Positions 25,975 to 34,435 of a stretch of DNA of 64,000 nucleotides are shown here, one piece after another. The DNA comes from Candidatus Eiseniibacteriota bacterium. Lineage in GTDB: Bacteria; Eisenbacteria; RBG-16-71-46; CAIMUX01; WJJG01. The stretch covers positions 58,340-122,339 of the forward strand of contig JAGMBO010000008.1 in NCBI GenBank assembly GCA_023129715.1. The letters are read 5' to 3'. Below the pieces are notes generated by a model, which made no database searches, was not told where the DNA came from, and saw nothing but the letters and a program-made list of their open reading frames with translations. Position numbers and translations under genes: made by a program. Each line of letters opens with the position of its first letter. Within the stretch, counting starts at the first letter, position 1.

Positions 25975-27462
25975 TTATGAGCCATTTCCGGAACCATCGC
26001 CCGCTGATGAGCCGCTTGAGTCGTTTATGGGCCGTTTCCGTGGCACCTCGTAGTGGGCGCCGCGCCCAGCACCCGCCAGGACCAACAGGCCTTTGCTCAC
26101 CAGGTCGTCCAAGTCGCGTTTGGCGGTCGCCCGGCTGATGCCGGCAAGCTCCTGATACCGCCGGTTCGTAATCCGTCCCTCCCGTCGGGCAACGACCACG
26201 CTCTTTCTCTGCCGCTCGTTGAGTTCCATACCGGCCAGCACCTCCGTCGTCAGCCAATCCCGCCACAGTGCCTGGACGAACTGGCCTCCTTCCTGCCTGA
26301 ACTCAGGCTCGGGTAAGCCCGCCCCCCGGCACAGGGCGATCATGTCCAGCGTGCCGGTGCCGGCGCGTTCGATATAGTGGGCGAGAAAGAGCGCTTCGCT
26401 CAGAAGCGGGTTGCGGGGAATGGACGCGTGCGGGACGCGCAGCTGCGCCAGGGTCAGCTCCGGCGGCAGCTCCCCAGGGTTCCAAACCTCCAGCCGGTCG
26501 GCAAAGAGCATCACCTGGACGCTGGCGTTGCTAGCGTAGTCGCGGTGCGCCACGGCGTTGACGATGGCCTCAGCCACGGCTTCGCGCGGGAACTCGTACG
26601 CGACGGGCGCCTGCGGACCCCGGGCGCGTGTGCCCACGGAGCGGGTGACCTTGGACATCACAAAGTCGACCGCCTGATCCACCAGCTCGAACGCCGTGCC
26701 CTTGTAGACCTGGTAGGACGGGATGGGCTTGCGCACCTCGGTGCCGTGGAAGTGCAGGCACTTGACTTCGGAGGCGAGCAGGAAGCGTTGCGGCTGGTTG
26801 GCGAACAGAAGGATGGCGGCGTGGCTGGGCCGCCCGGCGTCGAGCAGGTTGAGATGGGCTAGCACTTCGGCTGGTGGCGTTTCCTCGCCGAGCGGGTACT
26901 GTCGCTCGCGGCGGGCGCTGCCGAGGAACCACCGCACCTTCTCCGCCGAGATGTCCTCGACTGAGGCTTCCGGACAGGCCGCCGCATCGAAAGGCCGCGT
27001 GCGGAGCTTGCCGGTTCGCTCGAGGTGCTCGACCAGGCTGGCGTACAGGGCGCCGGTCAGCTCGGGAATGCCCGCGAACCGACGGCGAATCACCTGCCCA
27101 CCCGCCTGGCGGATTAGCGCCCGCATCTTCGGGTGTCGTCCTTTGTTGGTCGAACCCTTCACGAAGATGAGCCGGACCTTGTTTTGGGCCGTGGCCTTAT
27201 CGAACTCTTGCTCGGTGGGTGAGATCCCCTCGGCATCCTCACTGCCGTACTCGTTGCCCAAGAGCCCCAGGTAGAGGGCGCAGCGGCCCACCTCGTCGAG
27301 GTAGACGTCATCAGCCCGGCGATCGGAGGCGGGCAGACCTTCGAAGAGGAAAACATCGAAGAAGCGCCGCAGCAGGGCATCGCCGCGGACGAAGGCCCGA
27401 ACGGCGGCCCGTTCGTCTTGGAGTTCCTTCTGGACGCTGCTGACGAAGATGCGCTCGATCAT
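25975..27462 (-). CDS. DUF4062-domain / HATPase_c_4 (RecG-C-terminal-like) / winged-HTH protein (COG2865-like without AlbA_2 head), embedded in the BREX operon
   Basis: Start at MIERIFVSS. The N-terminal ~140 aa match the DUF4062 pattern (IFVSS..EL..ER.AV...V....L...F..F.FE.LPA.D..ADDVYLDEV..C.LYLGLLGNEYGS). The middle region has LTNAGLLLFG-like LLFANQPQRFLLASEVKCLHF. The HATPase_c_4 signature is AEAIVNAVAHRDY...DRLEVWNPGELP. The C-terminal wHTH is ITNRRYQELAGISRATAKRDLDDLVSKGLL. Confidence 0.6.
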   Translation of the reverse strand: MIERIFVSSVQKELQDERAAVRAFVRGDALLRRFFDVFLFEGLPASDRRADDVYLDEVGRCALYLGLLGNEYGSEDAEGISPTEQEFDKATAQNKVRLIFVKGSTNKGRHPKMRALIRQAGGQVIRRRFAGIPELTGALYASLVEHLERTGKLRTRPFDAAACPEASVEDISAEKVRWFLGSARRERQYPLGEETPPAEVLAHLNLLDAGRPSHAAILLFANQPQRFLLASEVKCLHFHGTEVRKPIPSYQVYKGTAFELVDQAVDFVMSKVTRSVGTRARGPQAPVAYEFPREAVAEAIVNAVAHRDYASNASVQVMLFADRLEVWNPGELPPELTLAQLRVPHASIPRNPLLSEALFLAHYIERAGTGTLDMIALCRGAGLPEPEFRQEGGQFVQALWRDWLTTEVLAGMELNERQRKSVVVARREGRITNRRYQELAGISRATAKRDLDDLVSKGLLVLAGAGRGAHYEVPRKRPINDSSGSSAGDGSGNGS

Positions 27463-28065
27463 CGGGACCCCTCCGCGAAGCCGAGGGTCGGCTCTCCGAT
27501 GTTCTTGATGCGGCGTCTGGCCATGAGTCCATCCATGGGTTTGCATAGGTGGGCGGTTGATTTTCCGTTCGCGCCGGGCGTGAAGACCCCTCGGAAGCGG
27601 GCCCCTTGGTCTTGCCTGCGCCTTCCCGTTCTACCGAGGCAACCGACCCAGGCCCGACATCCTATCGCTCTCCGTGGGCGGTTGCATCCCCGCGGAGTGC
27701 TGTTGGCAGTGGAGAAAACCGCGCTTGGCCTGCGCTCTCCGGCGGGCGCGTGGAACCGCTGTACCAACCCCCGGTCGATGGCATCTCGGATGACGCGAGA
27801 AGCCATCGAGTAGTTCTTCTTGTCTATTCGCAGGCGTTCTCGCAGCGTGCTGTTGCTCATCTGTCTTCCAGATACATGGCAGAGACATGCATGCTGGTAG
27901 CAGGCACGAACCGCAGATCGGCGTTGCTCTCCTTGAACTCGACCCATTCAGTCTCTTTGGGAAGAGCGCACAGAGAATGCACTCGCTGTGCCAACTCCTC
28001 CGCGCTCATCAGGCCATGCGCACGCTCTGCCACATACCCCTGGTTCATCAGGCTCTGTCCCTCCA

Positions 28066-31000
28066 TCACGTGATCACGATCGGGCCATCCTTGAGCTTGC
28101 TCACGAGCTCGCTCTCGGTTTGAGCAAGCCAGCGCTTCACATCCGCTTCCGTCTTGAGTGTTGCGCTAACCAGACGAACAGACTGCACCTTCGGCTCCAG
28201 CAGCCTGGCGGCCGCCACCGCTGCCTTGGCGAATTGCTGCGGAAGCGCATCCGTTTTCGTTTGCCAGGTGGGCAGCGGGGTTTCTTCAAGAGAGCGGAGC
28301 AACTCGGCTTCGTCGCCGATCGAAAGCGGGAGCACCGCGACGATGCCCTCGGAGGCCAATAGATCTTTCCGCTGCTCGGCCGAAAGGCTCTTCCAGATCT
28401 CGCTTGCCGTTAGCGCGGCCATTTGGGCGTCGAAGGTCTTGGTGAACCTGGCATGCTCTTCTTTGACAGCGCGGCGCAACGCATTCACCGCCTGTTTGCG
28501 GATCTCCGGTAGAAGATCGGTGGCCTCCAGCAACCGTCTCTCAGCTTTGACCGACTCGGCCTGACTTCTCAGGTCGTCAGCCTCGGGTAGGGTGACGGCA
28601 TGGTCGATCAATCGCACCAGCTGCTCCCAGGCGGGCATGCGCTTGGCCGCTAGATCGGCCAGCTTCGTCCAACTCGCGACTTGCTCGCTCAAAACATCAT
28701 GTTGGCTGAGCATCTCGCCGAGCTGTTCGTTGCCGGCCAGAGCGCGCAGGGTATCGAGATGCTCCGTCTTTGGCCTCTCAGGCAAGGGCATCTCTCCACC
28801 CGCCCGGTCGGCCAGATCAGCCAAGCGCGCCAGAAACTCGCCGGCCTTGAGAGACTCCTCGTTGGGGTTACAGGTCACGTCCAAGCCACGGAACAGCTTG
28901 CGAAGCTTGATCCGCTCGGGAGTACTGACGATGACTGACTCGATCCGGAAATCGGTGACCGAGATCTTGGCCTGGTCGAGCTGCCCGGCCTTCAGTGCTG
29001 CGCCTTTGTGGGTCGCCAGCAGCTGCCCCGCAGTGAAGAGAGTCAGGAGAGCTGCGTCCACCGCGTCACGTGGCCAGCCGTAGGGACTCGTCTCGAGCGT
29101 ATCCCGGATCTCCTTGCCCCGCCTTCCCGAACCCACCTCGTTGCGAACGACCGCACAGACCGAATGGTTCGCCGCCGGCTGGTCCCAATCGACAGCCTGC
29201 AAGGCACTCTCATCGCCATTTCGTGCCCGGCGAATCACCGCCGGCCAGCGTTCGTCATCGGCATCCTTGAAGTCAGGGAAAAGCCGATCGAGAGAAGCCT
29301 TCGCCGCAGCACGGATCTTCTCGACCAGTTTTAGCTCGAAACGCTCATTGCCCCCGCCCTGGACAACCTTCCCCCGATCGATCACCTCAGCAATGATCTG
29401 GTCGCGGGCAGCCAGGGCAGCGCCCATTCGCGTCGTCATCGCATCGCGTGCTTCGAGCCCCTCGGGGGAGGTGGGCGTTCCCTTGAAACCGAGTGTGGCC
29501 CGGGCGGCTTCGTATTCGAGGATCGCCTTCTTGAGATCCTCGGCACTGGACTTCGGAATGTGAACGTAGATGATCGGACTGTCGTGCCCGGCGGCTCGCG
29601 CATCTCCCAAAACGGTGGCCTCGCTTTCTCCCCAACCATCCCGAATCCAGACCGGGATCTCCCTCCCGGCACTGGCGGGCGGCTCGGGGCCGAAGTGGGG
29701 CGTCAGCTTGCGGGGCTCCTTGCAGGCGCCCTGGAGCATCTTGATGCTCTTGAGCACGCCCGCGCAGCCGTCGGTGATCAGGGCGGCGTGTTTACTGGCG
29801 AGCGTGGTCAAATCACTGCCGAGCCGCGTTCGGCGATTACGGAACTCACGATCCCACTCGCTGCTCTCGCGGGTCTGTAGGCTGTACTCGTCATCGAGCT
29901 TGATCAGGATGCCCTTTTCAACGAGTTGGTCCAGTACCGGCGGGAGCTCCTTACGCAACCGTGTGCCATCGCTGGCCAGATCACTGACCAGAAGATCCGC
30001 CAGCGTGGCCGGGGTGGCCCGCACGCCGATATCTGCCACTTCCTCGCGGGGGAGTTTCCGGATCAGAAAGACCAGACCGCACACCCGCTTGGCGAAGCGG
30101 CCCTCGGGGGTACTGTTGTCAAGGTTGCGGATCGTCTCATCGATCTCCCGCAAGAGCACGCCGCTGCGCAGCAAGCCGGGCTGGAGCTGATCAAAGATGA
30201 AATCACCCGGCACCACGTTGCCCAGCTCTTCATCGGCCAGCTCGCGGACCGAGTCGTAGACAATGCGCAGTTGGGTGCGGAGCTGGCTGCTGGTGCCGGG
30301 CACATCGACGGCCCGCAGCGTGTGTTCCCAGAACCTGCGGCGCACCGGAAGGAGCGGATAGTCGTCAACCATCACGGCACGGTCAGCACTGCGAGCAGCG
30401 ATGCGGGTGCCCGAGAGCTGGCGGTCGATCTCGCCGGCGTGGGATGTCAGCATTTCCTCGATCGCCTTGCGTCGATCGGCCTTCTTGGCTAGCACCACGC
30501 GCCGGGTGACGGTCTCAACATCGGTGTCCGACAACTCGATCGGAATCGTGAAGCGCCCTATCATCCGCTGCAGAAGAGGATCGCTTCCCGCCAGGGCGAT
30601 CTGCCCGGCCCCAACCAGCAGCACGCGACTGTCGAGCTGCTTACAGAGTGCCTCGGCCACCTCCTGGACATCAGTCGACCGAGTTGCGCTGCCCCCAATG
30701 AAGAGCTGGATCTCATCCAGGACAACCACTGTACTAGGAATCTGGCCATCGCGCGTCAGGACGTCGCGGATGATCCGGATGAAGTCGCTGGTGGGCAGAT
30801 CTTCCAGAACCGGGAACTGTGCCCGCAGAGCCATGCGTGCCTGTTTCAGATCGGGCGCGAATGTTGGATCGGCCGTGAGAACCGCCTCGGCCAACAGGGG
30901 GCTGACATAGAGATCATGCAGCTCCTCTCTGAAATCCCGGCGGGCAGCCGTCACCGCATCCCTGACATGGTCAAGGATCCCGTTCTTCTGCAGCCACAGG

Positions 31001-31512
31001 CAGAATTGCGCCTGCGGCAACGACTCCGGGAGACCGGCCGATCGCAGGATGATGCCGAGTACCGCCAGCCGGACACTCTCCCCACCACCGGATGGCAATG
31101 TCCCGGAGGCCGCGTGGAGACCACCGCAGCGCTTTCCGAAGGTATCCAGCTCCTTGAGGAGATCCCGCACATCCTGCGGCAGCCGGGCCAGGCCGCGGGC
31201 GCTAGCCCCGTCGGACTCGAAGCAGGTGTCTACCCACAGGTGACGAAACATCTTGAGCAAGTGGGACTTGCCGCTCCCGTAGAAGCCGCTCACCCAGGCC
31301 GCCGGCTGGGTCGCTGAATCGACGCTGCCAAGGTAGGATTCCAGGATGCGCGTCAGACCATCCTCGTATTGCCCCTCGCAGACGAAGTGCTCCAGCTCGG
31401 AGCGCAGGGTTTCGATTTCCTTCGGGGTAGTAGCCTCACCTACCGCCGCCACACCATCGTTGACCAGCCGTGCGACGGCAGGGTCACGCTGAAAGATCTC
31501 TCGGTTCTTCAT
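28066..31512 (-). CDS. brxC: BREX P-loop ATPase BrxC
   Basis: 1148 aa with Walker A GFYGSGKSHLLKM near the N-terminus. Large alpha-helical remainder. Positioned after brxB. Confidence 0.85.
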   Translation of the reverse strand: MKNREIFQRDPAVARLVNDGVAAVGEATTPKEIETLRSELEHFVCEGQYEDGLTRILESYLGSVDSATQPAAWVSGFYGSGKSHLLKMFRHLWVDTCFESDGASARGLARLPQDVRDLLKELDTFGKRCGGLHAASGTLPSGGGESVRLAVLGIILRSAGLPESLPQAQFCLWLQKNGILDHVRDAVTAARRDFREELHDLYVSPLLAEAVLTADPTFAPDLKQARMALRAQFPVLEDLPTSDFIRIIRDVLTRDGQIPSTVVVLDEIQLFIGGSATRSTDVQEVAEALCKQLDSRVLLVGAGQIALAGSDPLLQRMIGRFTIPIELSDTDVETVTRRVVLAKKADRRKAIEEMLTSHAGEIDRQLSGTRIAARSADRAVMVDDYPLLPVRRRFWEHTLRAVDVPGTSSQLRTQLRIVYDSVRELADEELGNVVPGDFIFDQLQPGLLRSGVLLREIDETIRNLDNSTPEGRFAKRVCGLVFLIRKLPREEVADIGVRATPATLADLLVSDLASDGTRLRKELPPVLDQLVEKGILIKLDDEYSLQTRESSEWDREFRNRRTRLGSDLTTLASKHAALITDGCAGVLKSIKMLQGACKEPRKLTPHFGPEPPASAGREIPVWIRDGWGESEATVLGDARAAGHDSPIIYVHIPKSSAEDLKKAILEYEAARATLGFKGTPTSPEGLEARDAMTTRMGAALAARDQIIAEVIDRGKVVQGGGNERFELKLVEKIRAAAKASLDRLFPDFKDADDERWPAVIRRARNGDESALQAVDWDQPAANHSVCAVVRNEVGSGRRGKEIRDTLETSPYGWPRDAVDAALLTLFTAGQLLATHKGAALKAGQLDQAKISVTDFRIESVIVSTPERIKLRKLFRGLDVTCNPNEESLKAGEFLARLADLADRAGGEMPLPERPKTEHLDTLRALAGNEQLGEMLSQHDVLSEQVASWTKLADLAAKRMPAWEQLVRLIDHAVTLPEADDLRSQAESVKAERRLLEATDLLPEIRKQAVNALRRAVKEEHARFTKTFDAQMAALTASEIWKSLSAEQRKDLLASEGIVAVLPLSIGDEAELLRSLEETPLPTWQTKTDALPQQFAKAAVAAARLLEPKVQSVRLVSATLKTEADVKRWLAQTESELVSKLKDGPIVIT

Positions 31513-32072
31513 CCGTCAAATGCTCCATTGTGTAACGTGATCGGGACAGCCAGGTAGTTCCAGCCGTCGCGGGCATCCAACAAGCGGTAGTTGTTGTCGT
31601 CGAACTCGCCTGGAAAGAAAAGCACCAAGCGTCCGCGGATGTCCCTGGCGATCTCTTTCAGGATCAAGGAGACCTTGGCGAAACCGAACAAACTGGCAAC
31701 GCCGTGAACCGCGACCACGGTCTCCTCATCTACCTCATCGTCGGTCAGGGACGCACGCAGGCGCTCGGCCGCGAACTTCACGAAGTCACTGCGCAGTTTC
31801 ATGCCGATCGACTCCGGCTCCTCGAAGTAGACCTGGCGATATTCAGTGCCGGCCATCCAGCGAGCAAACACCCCCGTGAAGTCGAAGCCCTTCCACTTGT
31901 GCCCCGCCCCGGTCGTCGCCATTTCGAAGAGCTCGATGCGGGCACGCAACCTCCGCTCATCCGTCTTTGGGTAGACGACGAAGATCGTTTTCTGGTCCCC
32001 GGCGAGGTTTCGTAGCCAGGGAGCGGAGATGTGATTCCTGTAGCGCCCGGCGAGATCTTCAATGCGTCCCAT
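31509..32072 (-). CDS. brxB: BREX protein BrxB (DUF1788)
   Basis: 187 aa with a DUF1788-like sequence (IFVVYPKTDERRLRARIELFE...). 4-nt overlap with brxC. Confidence 0.8.
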   Translation of the reverse strand: MGRIEDLAGRYRNHISAPWLRNLAGDQKTIFVVYPKTDERRLRARIELFEMATTGAGHKWKGFDFTGVFARWMAGTEYRQVYFEEPESIGMKLRSDFVKFAAERLRASLTDDEVDEETVVAVHGVASLFGFAKVSLILKEIARDIRGRLVLFFPGEFDDNNYRLLDARDGWNYLAVPITLHNGAFDG

Positions 32073-32880
32073 TGAGCAGCTGCCTTTCCTTCGGCGTCAG
32101 GAGCCGAGCAAAGGAGACCTCCACAACGCCTCCAGACTGGGTCACATCGAGGAGTCCGAGACGTCTGGCATCGATCGCCTGCTGAACCAAGCTCTCCGGT
32201 GGACTATCGAGGATCTGGGCCCAGAAGGAATGAAAGAACCCCATTCCACGTGTCCCGGTAGCGTGGGCAAGCAGCAGCGCGAAAGCGGTCACGGCAGGTG
32301 TCGGCTGCACCTGTTGGCGGACCTTTCGTCCCCGTCCCCTCAAGTGTCCAGACTGGGTCCATGATGCAGCGGCGTTTCGCACAACCTTGTCTACGGTGCT
32401 ACTGCTGAGCCGCCCGTGGACACTGCCGGCAATGGCATCGGTGAGTTGTTGGCGGGCAAGCTCCTCGCCCTCTTGCATGCGGCTGATGACCTCGGCGGTG
32501 CTTCGCAGAAGAGGATCGCGCGCCAGTGCGGTCAGTAGGGCGAGCAATGGACGACCGCTGCGCTCTGCTTGCCAGAGAAGACGCAGGAGTCGGAAGAGAG
32601 GTATCGCGGGATCCAGGCCGTAGAGCTCACGAAGCCGCTGGAGGGACAGCTTCCGCGTCGCAGCCGTACGCTTGCCCAGGCAATTGCGCGCAAGGATGGC
32701 TTCGGCATACCTCTCCCTAGCGGCCTGGATGGGGCATTCCTCAAGCGCGCGCGCCAGCTCGGGCAGCATGATGGTCCGACTGGTGTGCGTCCCTTTGTCT
32801 CCAAGGCGGATGCCGAACTCTCTCAGATGGTCATGCGTGATGGACTTGGGCAACCGCGCTTCAATTGGGTCATGTTGCAC
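32059..32880 (-). CDS. brxA: BREX protein BrxA (DUF1819)
   Basis: 273 aa. First gene of the cluster. Helical protein with a DUF1819-like profile. 14-nt overlap with brxB. Confidence 0.7.
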   Translation of the reverse strand: MQHDPIEARLPKSITHDHLREFGIRLGDKGTHTSRTIMLPELARALEECPIQAARERYAEAILARNCLGKRTAATRKLSLQRLRELYGLDPAIPLFRLLRLLWQAERSGRPLLALLTALARDPLLRSTAEVISRMQEGEELARQQLTDAIAGSVHGRLSSSTVDKVVRNAAASWTQSGHLRGRGRKVRQQVQPTPAVTAFALLLAHATGTRGMGFFHSFWAQILDSPPESLVQQAIDARRLGLLDVTQSGGVVEVSFARLLTPKERQLLNGTH

Positions 32881-33175
32881 GCCAGAATCATAGCAGATCG
32901 CCGGCTAGTATGCCGGCGAAAAATCAACGATCTTGGGAGGTATTTCACACCTGTCGGAACGCGTCGCGGTCGGCGCCCTATCCTGCTATTCTGCAAACAG
33001 ATACGTGGCCGGCCCGGGCCTAGTGGACGCTGATAGGGGCAGCATTGCTCGGAGACAAACGCTGCCTGGAGTCGGTGCGCCGCCTGGAGCATGACGGAAG
33101 TGGATCTGAGCCTGCCGGCGACATCTCGCGTGGGATGGTAGCGCCCAGGAGGGGGCCATGCAGCAGACGAGTCGC

Positions 33176-34120
33176 TTAGCCCGCGTCGCGGGGCATCCAG
33201 ATCGGCAGATGCATTTCTCCAAGTTGCCGGGCGATCTGCTTGCGCAGGTGGCGAGCGACCGCCTTCAGCTCTGCGGGAGTCGGAAAAGCGACCTCATCAT
33301 CGCTCAAGTGCAAGGCGCCCGAACGGGGGCGCCCACTATCGTTGTACCCAAGTGCCATCCCATAGCGGGCCCCGTCATAGACGAAGATGGCGAGTCCGGC
33401 CATCTTCGTGTCATCGAGGGAACCGCCCATGATTGCATCGAGCCAACCATCGATATCGAGTTCGATGTAGCCTTCGACGATCGCCAGCAGGGTCACGTTG
33501 TGGATCTCGAGCGTATGCGGAGCTTCCTCGCCCGGGTTGGGAACGGACATGCGCGGCAGACGCCACGCCCGGACAGTGATCCGCTGCGAGCTGACCAGCC
33601 GCCCCGGATGGTAACCGAGGATGCTGTAGGGAATCGCCACGCGCAGGTTCTCGACGAACTCCGCCCGCGACCAGACCTCCAGCCCGCGGGCATCGCGCAT
33701 GCTCTGCACACTGGCGATCCGACAACAGGGGACCCGGCTCTTGCCCCCGCTGGAATCGAGCACCGCCTGAAGATGCTCACCGGTGACCAGACCGAAGGTA
33801 TCCCGATCGAGCAGACCGACTAGATAGGCGAAAATCGGGTCCTTGATGTCTTCGGGCATGTAGGGCTCAGCCGGTAGGTCCAGCGTATCGGCGCGCGCCA
33901 GGGCGGCATCGATGCGCGGCTCCCAGACCCGCAGGTAGTGCTCGCGCGAGGCAAGCGATTGAAAGGGGCTGACCATGACGGTCTCATCCGTCTTCGGCGA
34001 CGCATCCCGCGCCTCCTCCGCAACTCCCGGAGAGCTCAACCCAGTACAGAGGGCGAGCAGGAGAATCGTCACACCGCCGAGCGTCCCCGGGGGGCCTGCC
34101 CCGCCCGCGCAAGTTCTCAT
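33176..34120 (-). CDS. hypothetical secreted protein
   Basis: Internal start MRTCAGG..VTILLLALCTGLSSPGVAEEA looks like a signal peptide. No recognisable domain. The upstream ORF extension encodes the 24-bp tandem repeat. Confidence 0.4.
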   Translation of the reverse strand: MRTCAGGAGPPGTLGGVTILLLALCTGLSSPGVAEEARDASPKTDETVMVSPFQSLASREHYLRVWEPRIDAALARADTLDLPAEPYMPEDIKDPIFAYLVGLLDRDTFGLVTGEHLQAVLDSSGGKSRVPCCRIASVQSMRDARGLEVWSRAEFVENLRVAIPYSILGYHPGRLVSSQRITVRAWRLPRMSVPNPGEEAPHTLEIHNVTLLAIVEGYIELDIDGWLDAIMGGSLDDTKMAGLAIFVYDGARYGMALGYNDSGRPRSGALHLSDDEVAFPTPAELKAVARHLRKQIARQLGEMHLPIWMPRDAG

Positions 34121-34156
34121 CAATCCGCTCCCATCTCGACGCGCACGCCCGCGCAT

Positions 34157-34204
34157 TCCCACCATCCCGCCTTCGCGCACTCCCACCATCCCGCCTTCGC
34201 GCCA
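34157..34204. repeat. 24-bp perfect tandem duplication upstream of hypothetical gene 33176..34120
   Basis: tcccaccatcccgccttcgcgcac x2 (one mismatch). Confidence 0.6.
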
Positions 34205-34435
34205 TCCCCTGGGAAGAGCCGGTGTTCTCCCGCCGACCCACCCGCTGCTCCGGGCACAGGTTCCGGTAGTCTGCCGGGAGCGGCGGCCGGCTGCAAGTGC
34301 CCGGGCGGGTAACCCGGCTGCAGGCGCCCCCCCCCGTCGGGCATGGACAACGCGCCGCCGTGGCTGTAATCATGCCGTCAGTCGAGGCTCGGGGAAGAAG
34401 ACCCACGAAGACCGACGAACAAAGGAGCGGAACCG

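Noticed and set aside
27459-27947. 162-aa ORF between brxC and the DUF4062 gene as an intact gene
   Set aside because: Only ~35 residues look protein-like (an HTH-like segment). The rest is Arg/Gly-rich low complexity. It is treated as a possible gene relic under findings.
32881-33175. Search for a WYL-domain BrxR-type regulator or small HTH gene upstream of brxA
   Set aside because: There is no ORF with HTH or WYL character in the 295-nt upstream region. Only promoter-like non-coding DNA with a short gcctggag direct repeat is present.
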